Part shown: positions 11,465 to 24,171 of the stretch, piece by piece
How positions within the stretch are numbered: the stretch's first letter is position 1
Layout: each line of letters starts with the position of its first letter
Assembly: GCF_006345805.1 (NCBI RefSeq)
Contig: NW_021835468.1
Coordinates: 5,145 to 69,144, forward strand
Origin: Octopus sinensis
Lineage: Eukaryota
Direction: 5' to 3'
DNA length: 64,000 nucleotides
Position numbers and translations under genes: made by a program
Notes under the pieces: model-generated
What the model was told of the DNA's origin: nothing
Seen by the model: only the letters and a program-made list of their open reading frames with translations
Database searches by the model: none

Positions 11465-12235
11465 TACTCCTCACTCCTTTGTCCTCGTTCTCTCTTGTAT
11501 TCATCTTGAGGGTATTGCCATGACACCCTCATCACTCCCTTGTCCCCATTCCCCTTGTATTCATCTTGAGGGTATGACCATGACGACCCTCATCACTTCC
11601 CTTGTCCCCCTCTTCCCCTCCCTTGTATTTGTATTCTCTTGAGGGTAATGCCCTGACAAAACCCCATCACTCCCTTGTGCCCCCCCATCTCCCTTGTATT
11701 CATCGTGAGAGGTAGGCATGACCATGGGACACCCTCATCACTTGACTCCCTTGTCCCCATCCCTCCCCTTCCCTCCTCCCATATTTGTTCATCTTGAGGG
11801 TATGCCATGACACCCTCAATCACACCCCTTGTCCCTTGTCCCCATTCCTCCTTCCCTTGTATTCATCTTGAGGGTATGCCATGACAAAGGAAAAGAAAAC
11901 CCTCATCACTCACACTCCCTTCCCGTCCCCATTCTCCCTTGCATTCATCTTGATGGTAGCCATGACACGCCCTCATCAATCCCTTGTCCCCATTCTCCCC
12001 CCCCCCCCCCTTGGCATTCATCTTGAGGGTATGCCATGACACCCTCATCACTCCCTTGTCCCCATTCTCCCTTGTATTCATCTTGAGGGTATGCCATGAC
12101 ACCCTCATCACTCCCTTGTCCCCATTCTCCCTTGTATTCATCTTGAGGGTATGCCATGACACCCTCATCACTCCCTTGTCCCCATTCTCCCTTGTATTCA
12201 TCTTGAGGGTATGCCATGACTCCCTCATCACTACC
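11465..12235. repeat. 60-bp minisatellite
   Basis: Unit CCCCATTCTCCCTTGTATTCATCTTGAGGGTATGCCATGACACCCTCATCACTCCCTTGT; perfect copies at about 12020-12220, degenerate toward 11465. Confidence 0.92.
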
Positions 12236-12656
12236 ATCTTTTCTCACTTCCCTATTCGGTTATTCATACATATCCTCTACAGTAAAACACCTGATCTAAA
12301 TCAAAAACTTCCATCAACATTTCAGGTTAATTTATCTTCCAGACATCAGATTAATTACAACAAAGTTCTTTTACTAAATTCTTCGTTATTTTTGAAAATT
12401 AATTGGAACAATAGCAGTGTATTTCAACGGAGATATGGTAACAAAAGGGTTAAAGTAATCTAGATTAAAACATTCCATCAAAATTTCACGTTATGTTCTA
12501 GACCTCATCATCATCATCACCATTTAACATCCGCTTTCCATGCTAGCATGGGATGGACGATTTGACTGAGGTCTGGCAAACCATGGCTGCACCAAACTCC
12601 AATCTGTTTAGATCACTTTAACCCTTTTGTTACCATATTTCTGTTGAAATTACACT

Positions 12657-13075
12657 ACATCATCATTTTTTTTAGCGTCCGCTTTCCATGCTAGCATGGG
12701 TTGGACGGTTTAACTGGGGTCTGTGAAGCCGGAAGGCTTCATCAGGCCCAGTCAGATTTGGCAGTGTTTCTACACCTGGATGCCCTTCCTAATGCTAATC
12801 ACTCCAAGAGTGTAGTGGGAGCTTTTAAGTGCCACTGGCACGAGGGCCAGTCAGGCAGTACTGGCAACGGCCACTCTCAAATGGTGCTTTTTATGTGCCA
12901 CCTCAAATGTTTTTTCACGTGCCACCAGCACAAGTGCCAGTAAGGCGACACAGGTAACGATCATGCTCGTATGGTGTCTTTTACCTGCCACCGACACGGA
13001 GACCAGCTTGTTGCTCTGGTAACAATCATGATCGTATGGTACTCTTAGCGCTCCACTAGCATGGATGCCAGTAGA
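12657..13075 (-). mobile_element. RTE LINE 3'-UTR copy
   Basis: GGAAGGGCATCCAG module and (GAT)n tail. Confidence 0.85.
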
Positions 13076-13351
13076 CATGAGTTTAATAATTGTTTCAAAT
13101 TTTGGCAGAAGGCTGGAGGTTTGGGGAAAGGGGTGATCTTGATTACATCAACCCCAGTATTCAACTGGTACTTATTTGATTGACCCCCCCCCCCCCAAGG
13201 ATAAAAGGCAAAGTTGGCCCCAGTGGAATTTGAACTCGGAACGTAAAGATGGATAAAATACTGATAAGCATTTTGCCAAGCATGCTAACAATTCTGCCAG
13301 CTCACTGCTTTAGACACTTTCTTCATTATTTTCAAAATGAATTAAAACGAA

Positions 13352-13677
13352 GAGCCTCGCCTGGCCCCTGTGCCGGTAGCACGTAAAAGCACCATCCGTT
13401 CGTGTCCGTTGCCAGCCACGCCTGGCCCCCGTGCCGGTGGCACGTAAAAACACCATCCGTTCGTGGCCGTTTGCCAGCTCTGTCTGGCACCTGTGCAGGT
13501 GGCACGTAAAAAGCACCCACTACTCTCACGGAGTGGTTGGCGTTAGGAAGGGCATCCAGCCGTAGAAACACTACCAAATCTGACTGGGCCTGATGAAGCC
13601 TTCTGGCTTCACAGACCCCAGTTAAACCGTCCAACCCATGCTAGCATGGAAAACGGACGCTAAAAAAATGATGATGT
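13352..13677 (+). mobile_element. RTE LINE 3'-UTR copy
   Basis: About 2.5 UTR repeats plus terminal module. Further copies near 6168, 16353, 18921, 26398, 29750, 33640, 39963, 49743, 52140, 59250 and 61920. Confidence 0.88.
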
Positions 13678-14622
13678 AGTGTAATTTCAACAGAAATATG
13701 GTAACAAAAGGGTTAAAGTGATCTAAACTAAAATCTTTCATTAAAATTTCTTGCTAATTCATGTTTTAAACTCCAGTTCAATAATGACAAATTATTTTGC
13801 TAAATTCTTCATTATATTCAAAATTAATTGGAACAAAGTCCATGTATTTCAAGAGAAATATAGTAACCTAAGGGTCAGATGTAAGGAAAAACTTGAAATT
13901 TTAAGGGTACTTGAGTCTGAAAGGGTTAAGATATTGATAACAGAGTTTTTAGTTAGAATAATTAACTATAATAGCCTATTTCACAGAACTGTTGACATGA
14001 ATTCCAAAATTGGCAACGAAGTTTAAAAGACAAATATGGATTTAGAAGGAAACAAAAATGGAAGCATGTGTTGTTGTGTTGTCTTTTCTTTCTTTGGTAA
14101 CCAGACATTTTGGTTGAAGCCTAAATAAAGCCGAAATTCTATGAACTAAATAACCAAATTTTAATTTTAAATTTGATAATTTGCTCAAGTTAGTAAACTT
14201 AAATATCTGCCATGGAAAAACTAACAAACCAGCCGCATTTCTAAATCTGTCATTTTAAACAAATTTACGGCACTTCCAGTGATTTTTATGAGCAAACAAT
14301 GAGGAAATATCAAAAATTTATTTCTTCAAACTTGATGTGTTTGTCATTTTAATTGGGAATCGGTTATTTTTCAATGGAAACTAATAAATCAAGCAAGAAT
14401 AAACATCACCAACAAGAAATTCACAAGTAATTGGAACAAAATGGCCAGGAACCATCATTAAATTTACATTGCAAATTTCATTTGATTTCAGGAGTTATTA
14501 GGAAAATTGTTTGGTTTTTTTCCAGACAGTTTAACTTCATCCTCTTCATCTTCGTCGTTTCTGGTTTGTTTCATTGATTTTTGATCAATAAGGTTTCCTT
14601 GATTATCTTCAGGTGATTATTT

Positions 14623-14676
<54 letters not shown>

Positions 14677-14876
14677 ATTATTGTCATCGTTATAATCATC
14701 GTCATCATCATCATCATAATTAACATCGTTATTTTCACTGTTGTCTTTGTCATCATCATCAATCATCAGTCAACATCAATAGCATCATCATCACCATTGT
14801 TGTTGTCATCTGCATCCTCACCATCCTCCTCCTCCTCAACATCATCATCATCAAGGTCATCATCATCACCACTACC

Positions 14877-15360
14877 TATTTCTTTATTACCCACAGGGGG
14901 TTAAACACAGAGAGGACAAACAAGGACAGACAAACGGATTAAGTCGATTATATCGACCCCAGTGCATAACTGGTACTTAATTTATCATATATAAGGCAGT
15001 GAGCTGGCAGAAACGTTAGCACGCCGGGCGAAATGTTTAGCCGTATTTCGTCTGTCGTTACGTTGAGTTCAAATTTCGCCAAGGACGACTTTGCCTTTCA
15101 TCCTTTCGGGGTTGATAAATTAAGTACCAGTTACGCACTGGGGTCGATGTAATCGACTTAATACCTATGTCTGCCCTTGTTTGTCCCCTCTATGTTTAGC
15201 TCCTTGTGGGTAATAAAGAAATAGGTACTTAATTTATCAACCCCGAAACGATGAAAGGCAAAGTCGACCTCAGCGGAATTTGAACTCAGGACGTAACAGC
15301 AGATGAAATACGGTACGCATTTCGCCCAGCGTTCTGATGATTCTGCCAGCTGGCCGCCTT
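14877..15360 (-). mobile_element. SINE family C with an opposite-strand family C copy nested at 14988-15223
   Basis: Inner TSD GGTACTTAATTTATCA at 14972-14987 and 15224-15239; outer TSD at 14865-14876 and 15363-15374. Confidence 0.9.
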
Positions 15361-15779
15361 AAATCACCACCACCATCATCACCATCACCATCGTTTTCAT
15401 CTTTACTCTCCCCACCCACCACCGGCTGATGTAGCTCAGATGACCAATCACCTCCTTTTATGGGAAACTTGGTTTTCTATCCAAGACATCTTATTTCAAG
15501 GATTCCATTACACTCATTTCAAATTTTGACCCTTAGTGGGGACGGAATAAAGTCAATTACATCGATCCCAGTGTTTCACTGGTACTAAATTTATTGACCC
15601 CTGAAAGAATGACAAGCAGAGTCGACCTCAGCAGGATTTGAACTCATAACATAAAGACAGACAACATGCCACAAACCATTTTGTATGAGATGCTAATGAT
15701 ACTGCCAGCTCTCTGGCTTAAGCGGTTTAATTATATTCCAATACATAAGAACTCAAGCTTTTAGGGAGCTCATGTGATA

Positions 15780-15818
15780 TCCATACATACATACATATGC
15801 ATATATATATATATGTGC

Positions 15819-15850
<32 letters not shown>

Positions 15851-15865
15851 GTATATATATGTATG

Positions 15866-15911
<46 letters not shown>

Positions 15912-16050
15912 TATATATATATATGTATATATATGTATGTATATATATATATATATGTGTGTGTGCGTATATATATGTGTATATGTATATATATATGTAT
16001 ATATATATATATGTGTATATATATGTATGTGTATATATATATATATATAT

Positions 16051-16082
<32 letters not shown>

Positions 16083-16150
16083 TATACACATATATGTGGC
16101 TGTGTGGTATATACATATACATATATGCATATGTATATGTATGTGTGTGT
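15780..16150. repeat. Compound (AT)n/(GT)n microsatellite
   Basis: Read directly; similar tracts at 22230-22530, 22905-23055, 31230-31440, 60130-60590 and 60885-61300. Confidence 0.95.
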
Positions 16151-16524
16151 GTATTCTTTCTTTTACTTGGGTCAGTCATTTGATTGACTGTGGGCCTGCA
16201 GGAACAAATCAACCTTATTTCTTAAGCCTAGAGCTTATTTTGCTGAGCTCTTGCTAAACCACTGAGTTACATGGACATAAACACACCAACACCAGTTGTC
16301 AAGCAGTGATAGGGGTGACAAACACAAGCACAAAGGCACACACATATATATATAAAAGCACCCACTACACTCATGGAGTGGTTGGCGTTAGGAAGGGCAT
16401 CCAGCCGTAGAAACACTGCCAGATCTGACTGGGCCTGATGCAGCCTTCTGGCTTCACAGACTCCAGTTGAATCGTCCAACCCATGCCAGCATGGAAAACG
16501 GACGCTAAATGATGATGATGATAT

Positions 16525-16857
16525 TGTTGTAGTGAAAATTGTACTCCCCTTCCCACATGACAAAGTGGTATGACTCAGCCATTATAAAGTCAGACAGTCA
16601 GTTTGTTGTAGGAGGTCAGTAGTAGCAGAGTTGTTGTATGAGTTCTCAGTTGGAGTCAGTGTCAGTTACGCGATATATACGAGTTCAAGTTAGTGTCAAG
16701 GTAGATGTTTCAATGTCATTGTCTGATGGAGCTATCAGCGATAGCACAACAGACGAGTCAAAGATACTAAGATGCAGAATACCTCCACAGCATAGTAGTG
16801 CTGACAAGAATATCATAGAGCTGACAATAACATACATGTGGACGAGGATCTACATCA
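16525..16857 (+). mobile_element. Probable solo LTR
   Basis: Termini TGTTGTAG...CTACATCA and an internal TATAAA; no clean TSD. Confidence 0.5.
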
Positions 16858-16955
16858 TAACATACACACACACACACACACATATATATAACAGATTTCA
16901 TTCAGTTTCTCTCTACAAAATCCACTCAGAAAGCTTTGGTCGGCCCGAGGCTATA

Positions 16956-17348
16956 CTGTTTACTGTTTTACTTGTTTCAGTCATTTGACTGCGGCCATGC
17001 TGGAGCACCGCCTTTAGTCGAGCAAGTCGACCCCGGGACTTATTCCTTGTAAGCCCAGTACTTATTCTATCGGTCTCTTTTGCTGAACCGCTAAGTTACG
17101 GGGACGTAAACACACCAGCATCGGTTATCAAGCAATGTTGGGGGGACAAATACAAACACACACATATATATATATACATATATACGATGGGCTTCTTTCA
17201 GTTTCCGTCTACCAAATCCACTCACAAGGCTTTGGTCGGCCCAAGGCTATAGTAGAAGACACTTGCCCAAGGTGCCACGCAGTGGGACTGAATCCGGAAC
17301 CATGTGGTTGGTAAGCAAGCTACTTACCACACAGCCACTCCTGCGCCT
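16956..17348 (-). mobile_element. SINE family A, nested in an older copy
   Basis: Full copy; the older copy's halves lie at about 16860-16955 and 17349-17445. Confidence 0.88.
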
Positions 17349-17899
17349 ATAGTGGAAGACACTTGCCTAAAGTGCCATGTAATGGGACTGAACCTGGAAC
17401 CATGTGGTTGTGAAGCTTCTTACCACACAACCACTCATGCGCCTATATTTAATATAAACACACACACACACACACACATATACACATCAGAGGCAACTCG
17501 AGGTCATCAGCGTCACTTGGGCTCATCACATAATCTTTGTATTGTAGAATGGAAATGTTTCGTAGATTGGAATTTAAATCCTAATCTCTGCAGAGATTTA
17601 TTGTTTCAAGAAAACATTGAATTTGAATTACTTTTAACTTTTACGATTATAGATAACAATTCGGGCTGTAACTTCTGAGCCCCGAGTCAGGCGCGTATGA
17701 ACGATGTCTGAACGTCTGCTACCAATGATATTTTTTCACACGGGGCATCTCTAAGATGACCGTCAGACGGTGAACGAAAATAAATGAGTTGCGACCAGGT
17801 TTGATAAAAGGAGCCCCGAGTTATTGGCTGCAATTACATACTTGAAGTCAGAGTTGGCAGAAATTAAATCAGCTTGTTAAATACACGTTCAATTTACTA

Positions 17900-17962
17900 A
17901 ATTTATACTTGGGCTAAGCCAATTTATACTTGGGCTAAGCCAATTTATACTTGGGCTAAGCC
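17900..17962. repeat. 3 x 21-bp tandem repeat
   Basis: AATTTATACTTGGGCTAAGCC three times. Confidence 0.95.
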
Positions 17963-17973
17963 CAAACAGCCCG

Positions 17974-18001
<28 letters not shown>

Positions 18002-18004
<3 letters not shown>

Positions 18005-18236
18005 TCTCAATCGAAGGAGAGGGGCTTTCTCCGTCTGGGTTGCGGATCAGTGGAATAAGCTGCCGGATGAGATAGTGAAGATGCCGACGACCGGTCGGTT
18101 CAAAGTCTCCCTTGACCTCAAATGGCCTGAACTCTTTGCATGAACACCACCTTGTACATAACTCCATGTCCCCCTACATGGCCTTGCTTTTTGCTTTTTG
18201 AGCCAAAAAATTAACTTAACTTAACTTAACTTAACT
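18002..18236 (+). mobile_element. CR1-group LINE 3' end
   Basis: RRGAFSVWVADQWNKLPDEIV...RFKVSLD; (TTAAC)n tail. Confidence 0.82.
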
Positions 18237-19734
18237 ATATACATGCACACACATGTGTGTCTGTATAAACATGTAGGTATATAGCTTACTGTTTCTAACA
18301 AATTCCACTAGCTTATTGTAGAAGTTGCTACATGGCTACTCTACCGGAATGGGTTTGAACCTGGATCCACATGCTTGGGAAACAAGCAATTCTCTTAACC
18401 ACCTACTTATGCCTGAGGATATAAAAGAAATACAATAAAATTGGTAAGATGTGCGAGATGATTGAGTTGGCATTTGGCCCAAAGCAGGCTGTACAGCATC
18501 GGTTCCCCACTAAAAGGTTATGGCCTGGTGCCAAAGTCAGAAGTCAATAGATGTGCACTGGAATATATATATATATTGATACCTATCAAAAATGATTTGA
18601 TATTAACCAGGCATTGATGCTATAAAACAGGGAAGGATTAAAAGACAATTTCTTTGGGCTAATTAACGCTGGAAGTGCCAAACGAACATGCAAACAACAT
18701 TAAAAGTTGGCATGTGGGAGTTTTATGACTTTGCAAGAATTTTCGGTATCAGGTATTGGTCAGAATTCTTTGTTTATTTCTTCACTTATTTTGGTCATGG
18801 CACCACTTTTTTGCTGTGGCACTGTCTTGTAGGGTTTTGGAAAACAAATCTATTCAAGTGCTTTTTCTTTTTAACTCTTTAGCACCTTATCCTTTTGTTA
18901 CCATAGTCCTGTGTTTCTTTAGTGGTTGGCGTTAGGAAGGGCATCCAGCTGTAGAAACACTGCCAGATCAGACTGGAGCCTGGAGCAGCCCCTGGCTCCC
19001 CAGACCCCAGTCGAACCGTCCAACCCATGCTAGCACGGAAAACAGACGTTAAACGATGATGATGATGATGATAACAAAGAATTTAGTAAAATAACTTCAC
19101 TATCATTAAGCTAGTCTTAGGAACCTAAATTGCGAACATCTGTAAAAAGAACTCAGCCTCTTTGCCTCCATGAGGCCCAACACTCGAAAGGAATTCAGCC
19201 ACTTTGCTTCCGTCAGACCTAACGTTCTAAGGTTGTTTTTTTTTTTATGTGTCACCTGCATGGGTGCACTTGGCTTGACGGGTCCTTTTAAGCAGAGCAC
19301 ATCACCAAAGTTAGCATAAAACCTCCTTCCTTTCTTCGACAGTCTCCCTTAGTTGTGGGGGAACTGTTTTGTCTTGCTGGTTGCTTGGTGACCTCACTAG
19401 TGCTGCTGCAATGAAAAACCATCGCCCAGTAAACTCTGTAAAGTGGTTGATGTTAATAAGGACGTACAGCTGTAGAAACTGTTCCGAAACAGACATTGGA
19501 GCTCACCTAAGTCCCCAGACTCATCAGATCTTGTTGAACCATCCTGCCCATACCAGCAAAGAAGAAAGGACATTAAATTAGGAAGATGATGACGATGATG
19601 ACGACGACGACGATGATGATGATGATGATGATGACAATGATAATGACGATGATGATGACGATGATGACGACGATGATGATGATGATGATGATGACGACGA
19701 CAGCTATGATGATGACATTGATGTTGATGAAACA

Positions 19735-20220
19735 AGACCAGGTGTGGCTGCTATTTTGCAGGTGAATCAAGTCCCATTAATGCCTCATTCGATCAGACCT
19801 GGTGGGGCAAATAACCAACTTTAACAGATTAACATACTGACTTCTGGGCCCCACAGACATGCTATGACTCCTTCAGCTTTTCCTGCCACTACTATAATGG
19901 CCTCTGCTCCTCAGAGCTGGTTGGCCTCATCCTACCTTCACTCAAGTACTTACTCTCACCCATTGCTCCCACTCTTTCCAACCATGCTGTGTCTAAAATC
20001 TCAGTCATCACACTAACCCCAACACCCAATCCTACTGCTACAGAACAGCATCCCTCTGGAACCACACCCTTTTCACTCTTTTTGTGTCTTTCCTGCAGGA
20101 GATTGACTTACAACAGTTTAAAGAGAACATTAAGGGCCATAATTTTCCCTGTCTTTGAGGACCCATGAAGACCATGGGTGCTGTCGCTTCCCCAATCCCA
20201 GCAAATAAAAAAGAAAAAAT
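19735..20220 (+). mobile_element. Old CR1/Jockey-group LINE 3' end
   Basis: Degenerate CHYYNGLCSSEL...YRTASLWN...LQQFK; A-rich tail. Confidence 0.65.
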
Positions 20221-20794
20221 ATTGCACAAGCCACTCGATGGCCAGTGTTGGTTTGTTTATGTCCCCATTACTTAGCAGTTCAGCAAAAGGGACTGACAGA
20301 ATAAGTACCAGGTTATGACAGAAACAATGTCCTGGGGTTGATTTTTTGGACTAGAACCTTTCAAGGTGGTGCTCCAGTATGGCCGTAGTCCAATGAATGA
20401 AACAAGTGAAAGAGAAAAGAGATGAGTCGAAGAGCAATCGCCACTGCATGGTAACACGACTTGCTAGAAATAGCAGACAAATCTCTCTCAAATTGCTGCT
20501 TTGTCAATTGAAAAATGGGAGGACACATTGGATAATGTAGTCTTGGGTAGACGATGCCAGAGAAAAGGATAGAATGTATATATATGTGTGTGTGTATTCT
20601 TTCTTTTACTTGTGTCAGTCATTTGATTGACTGTGGCCCTGCTGGAGCACTGCCTTGGAGAGTTTTAGTTGAACAAATCAACCTTATTTCTTAAGCCTAG
20701 TGCTTAATGTCTTTGAATGTCTTTGATCATAGGTCAGCAAAATTTCACCTGGGGTTAAACAATAACAACAACAGTAACAACAACAACAGCAACA

Positions 20795-20826
<32 letters not shown>

Positions 20827-21291
20827 AGCGAAGACCACAGAACTGTGTCAAAATCCTAAAACCCATTTTTTTTTCTTCAAATTCCATTTTCGGTTTGTAT
20901 AATTCTTGACAACTTCCACCTGCATGGAAACTTCAAGAGTCAACAGAGCAAGCTCTGTCTTTGACAGAATCGGAACCTGACATCTCTCAAGTTACAGATT
21001 TCCTCAGGCATTACCAATTCTTGACGCCAACATGGTTTACACCATTAAACAAACCAGGGTTTGTCTGCAAGCATAACATCAAGCTTCATGGTTTCATATC
21101 GTACCAGAATCTCCAAGAATATGGTCGCACTGATGAGTTCTTTGATAAGAAGCTGGTGATTCAGGGAAGGGAGGGAGGGGTGTCTTGAGTCTGCTTAAGA
21201 CCGTTTCTCTCATATTTCCTCTCACTGTTCTGCTCTCTACTCACACACACACACACACATGTATGTATATATGTATGTATGTATGTATACA

Positions 21292-21809
21292 CACGAAGGG
21301 ATGGTGAAAAGCTCCTGGTGCTGGGTAAAAGAAAATACTGGAAGATTAATTAATTAGGATTTTATCTAACACTAGCAGTATCGCCCGGCGTTGCTCAGGT
21401 TTGTAAGGGAAATAAATATATAAGCATTTTTAGAGAGTTATAGACAAAAATTAGCAAAAAAATGCATTAAAAATGGAAAAAAATTATGGTAAATTTTTTT
21501 TTAAATCGTAGACTCATCGTAGACATGCGTTAATTACCCAGAAGGGCTCGATATGAATGACAACTATAAGATACCCGGTTTTGGTTAAACTGCACCGCAA
21601 AATGTGGGAGTAGTTAGGAATCTAAATCGTAGGAGACAGACACACAACCTCTCTTTTATATATAAAGATATTCCCCTCTCAGATTCACACACTTATTGCT
21701 GTGGCCCTTCAGTTTTTCTAAGCCCTGTAAAAGAACTCGGAAGGTTGGACTTCCAACCAGGCCTTTTGCAATATCCTTAAAGTCAGGAACTTTACAGTAA
21801 CCCCTTGTG
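21292..21809 (-). mobile_element. mariner-derived MITE interrupted by a Helitron
   Basis: Imperfect TIRs CACGAAGGGATGGTGAAAAGCTCCTG / CAGGAACTTTACAGTAACCCCTTGTG; rejoined, it encodes the mariner C-terminus GLEKLKGHSNKCVNLRGEYV. Confidence 0.8.
21372..21668 (-). mobile_element. Non-autonomous Helitron
   Basis: A|TCTTTATATA...GAGCAACGCCGGGCGATACTGCTAG|T, no TSD; near-identical copy at 54640-54935. Confidence 0.85.
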
Positions 21810-21825
21810 TATATATATATATATT

Positions 21826-22050
21826 TCTTTATTGCCCACAAGGGGCTACACACATAGAGGGGACAAACAAGGACAGACAACGGGATTAAGTCGATTACAT
21901 CGACCCCAGTGCATAACTGGTACTTTATTTATCGACCCCGAAAGGATGAAAGGCAAAGTCGACCTCAGCGGAATTTGAACTCACAACATAACGACAGACG
22001 AAATACGGCTATGCATTCCGCCCGGCGTGCTACCGTTTCTGCCAGCTCGT
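21826..22050 (-). mobile_element. SINE family C
   Basis: Near-full copy inside (TA)n. Confidence 0.88.
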
Positions 22051-22086
22051 ATATATATATATATATATACACACACACATGCATAT

Positions 22087-22131
22087 ACAGTCAAATGATG
22101 GCTTAGCTGGTCGAAACTTCAAAGTCACTGT
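22087..22131 (+). ncRNA. Degenerate hammerhead-like relic
   Basis: ACAGT-CAAATGA-T-GGCT/GGTC-GAAA-CTT CA AAG-TC-ACTGT: stems I and III are intact; the core differs from CUGANGA at two positions. Confidence 0.4.
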
Positions 22132-22304
22132 CAACAAATAATATATTTGTACTCTACAAAAGTATAGAGTAAGCCATCAGATTGATGTAAAATTGCTTTT
22201 ATTAAAACGGAATGTAAAAATGAACATTAATACACACACACACATATATGTATGTATATATATATGTATGTATATGTGTATGTATATATATGTGTGTCTG
22301 TGTG

Positions 22305-22352
<48 letters not shown>

Positions 22353-22461
22353 CACATACACACATATATATATGTATGTATATATATGTAGATATATGCA
22401 TCCATATATATATATGTATGTATGTATGTATGTATATATATTTCAAACCTTCTTTCGTATG

Positions 22462-22533
<72 letters not shown>

Positions 22534-22911
22534 TCGGGTATCTTTTCAATCTTTATATCATTCTTTTGAAATGTTCTTTTCACTCCCATTACCTCTCTTT
22601 TTCTCATTTTCTGTTCATTGCATCCTCTCAATCGCTTTCTCTCCCCTCTCCCTTATCATGTCTCCCTTTAGTTCTTTCTTTCGTCCTCTCTGATATTCTC
22701 TCTCTCTCTCTTTTTCTCTTTACACTAACACACAAACATACTCAGATATTCACACACAGAAATCAAACTCTAGCCATTTCATCAAATGAACTAACAGAAC
22801 TGTATTTGATTTCAAAATACTGAACAGAAGATAACCGATATCCTTTTCTAATGAGAGTAACAGAAGATAGAGATTTAGACAGACGCACACACAGATAGTT
22901 AGATAGACATA

Positions 22912-23058
<147 letters not shown>

Positions 23059-24171
23059 AGCTGATAGATCTAACGAATCGTGTGCTTATCAGACAGACTT
23101 GTCTAAGTCATGCAAGCATGAAGAGGGAAAAACATTGGAAAGGATAATTAAAGAGGATATAAAAAGAGAAGAGGAAAGCCAAAAGAACTGGAAGAGCTGG
23201 ATTATGGCAGAGAAAATGGCAGGAGCCATACCGATTATTGCTTTCGAGATGCTGTAGGCTGTAACCCTGTTGCATAGTTTTTTACATATTGCACTCAAAA
23301 CGGTTAAAAGAACAGTTTAAAAATGTTTATTAAGAAAAGGAAATGAAGGAGATTTCTTCAGTATCGCGTTTCAATTCATTTTCATTCAAATTCTAAATCG
23401 GTTACATTTTATTTTCCTTCCCATCATCTACGCCATCCTTTCTCCAAAATATCATCTGCTCTTCCACCATTTTTCTCTCTTCTTCTCTTTCTACTTCTTG
23501 AACTAATTATGCTCCAAAGATGATGCTGTCACTACGATCTCATTACTTCCATGTGGTGTTAAATAAATATTTATGTTGGTCACAAGTGAATATCTTGTGA
23601 TATTTCAGTGTTTTCTCTCAAATCCTCCTTCTCTATGCCAATTCATAATAAAGCACAGATGCTGTTATATTTTGTGTAAATCTCTCTGAAAAACAGCCAG
23701 TTTTACAGAAAGTTATTATCTTTATTAGGTATGCCTCACCCATCTTGTAAAAACATTTTATATTACCTTACAGAAGAACTTAACCCATCAACTTGAATTG
23801 CAATGGCGAATCTCTCTAGCAGTGAAAACAAAATATTTTTTTTAATATTAGTTTGACATTTACAGTGTTTTCATATTTATTTCAAATAAAAATTGAAACA
23901 ATTTAACAACAAGCCTGATTTAGCTGCCATACACAACACAGGCTATAAGCCATAACTCATGTCACAAGAGGTTTTCTGGGAAGGTTTACTTTTTTTCTTG
24001 TTTTTTGTTGCTTCTTTTGTTTTATTATTATTTTTTTTAGTTGTTTCACTCATTCTGCAGCAGCCATGCTGGAGCACACCTGGAGGGGTTTTTGTCAAAG
24101 AAACTAAACCCAAATCTTTAGGTATAATCTTTGACTTTTTTTACATGTTTCAGTCATTTGACTGCGGCCAT

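Noticed and set aside
11465-12235. CRISPR-like appearance of palindromic repeats (also 9985-10376)
   Set aside because: No unique spacers, no cas genes, and a eukaryotic context.
15727-16257. YIYI/THTH/CVCV and poly-His/Asp/Met ORFs here and at 22177-22823, 29111-29660, 36102-37047 and 60190-61395
   Set aside because: Microsatellite artefacts.
21131-21160. CTGATGAG followed by a TTCTT/AAGAA hairpin as a hammerhead
   Set aside because: No GAAA, stem III or stem I. The CTGAAGA on the minus strand near 1770 fails the same way.
20961-21188. 75-aa ORF in unique DNA as an exon (also an open stretch at about 23054-23257 and 198-419)
   Set aside because: No recognisable domain, no convincing splice sites, and the lengths are within chance.
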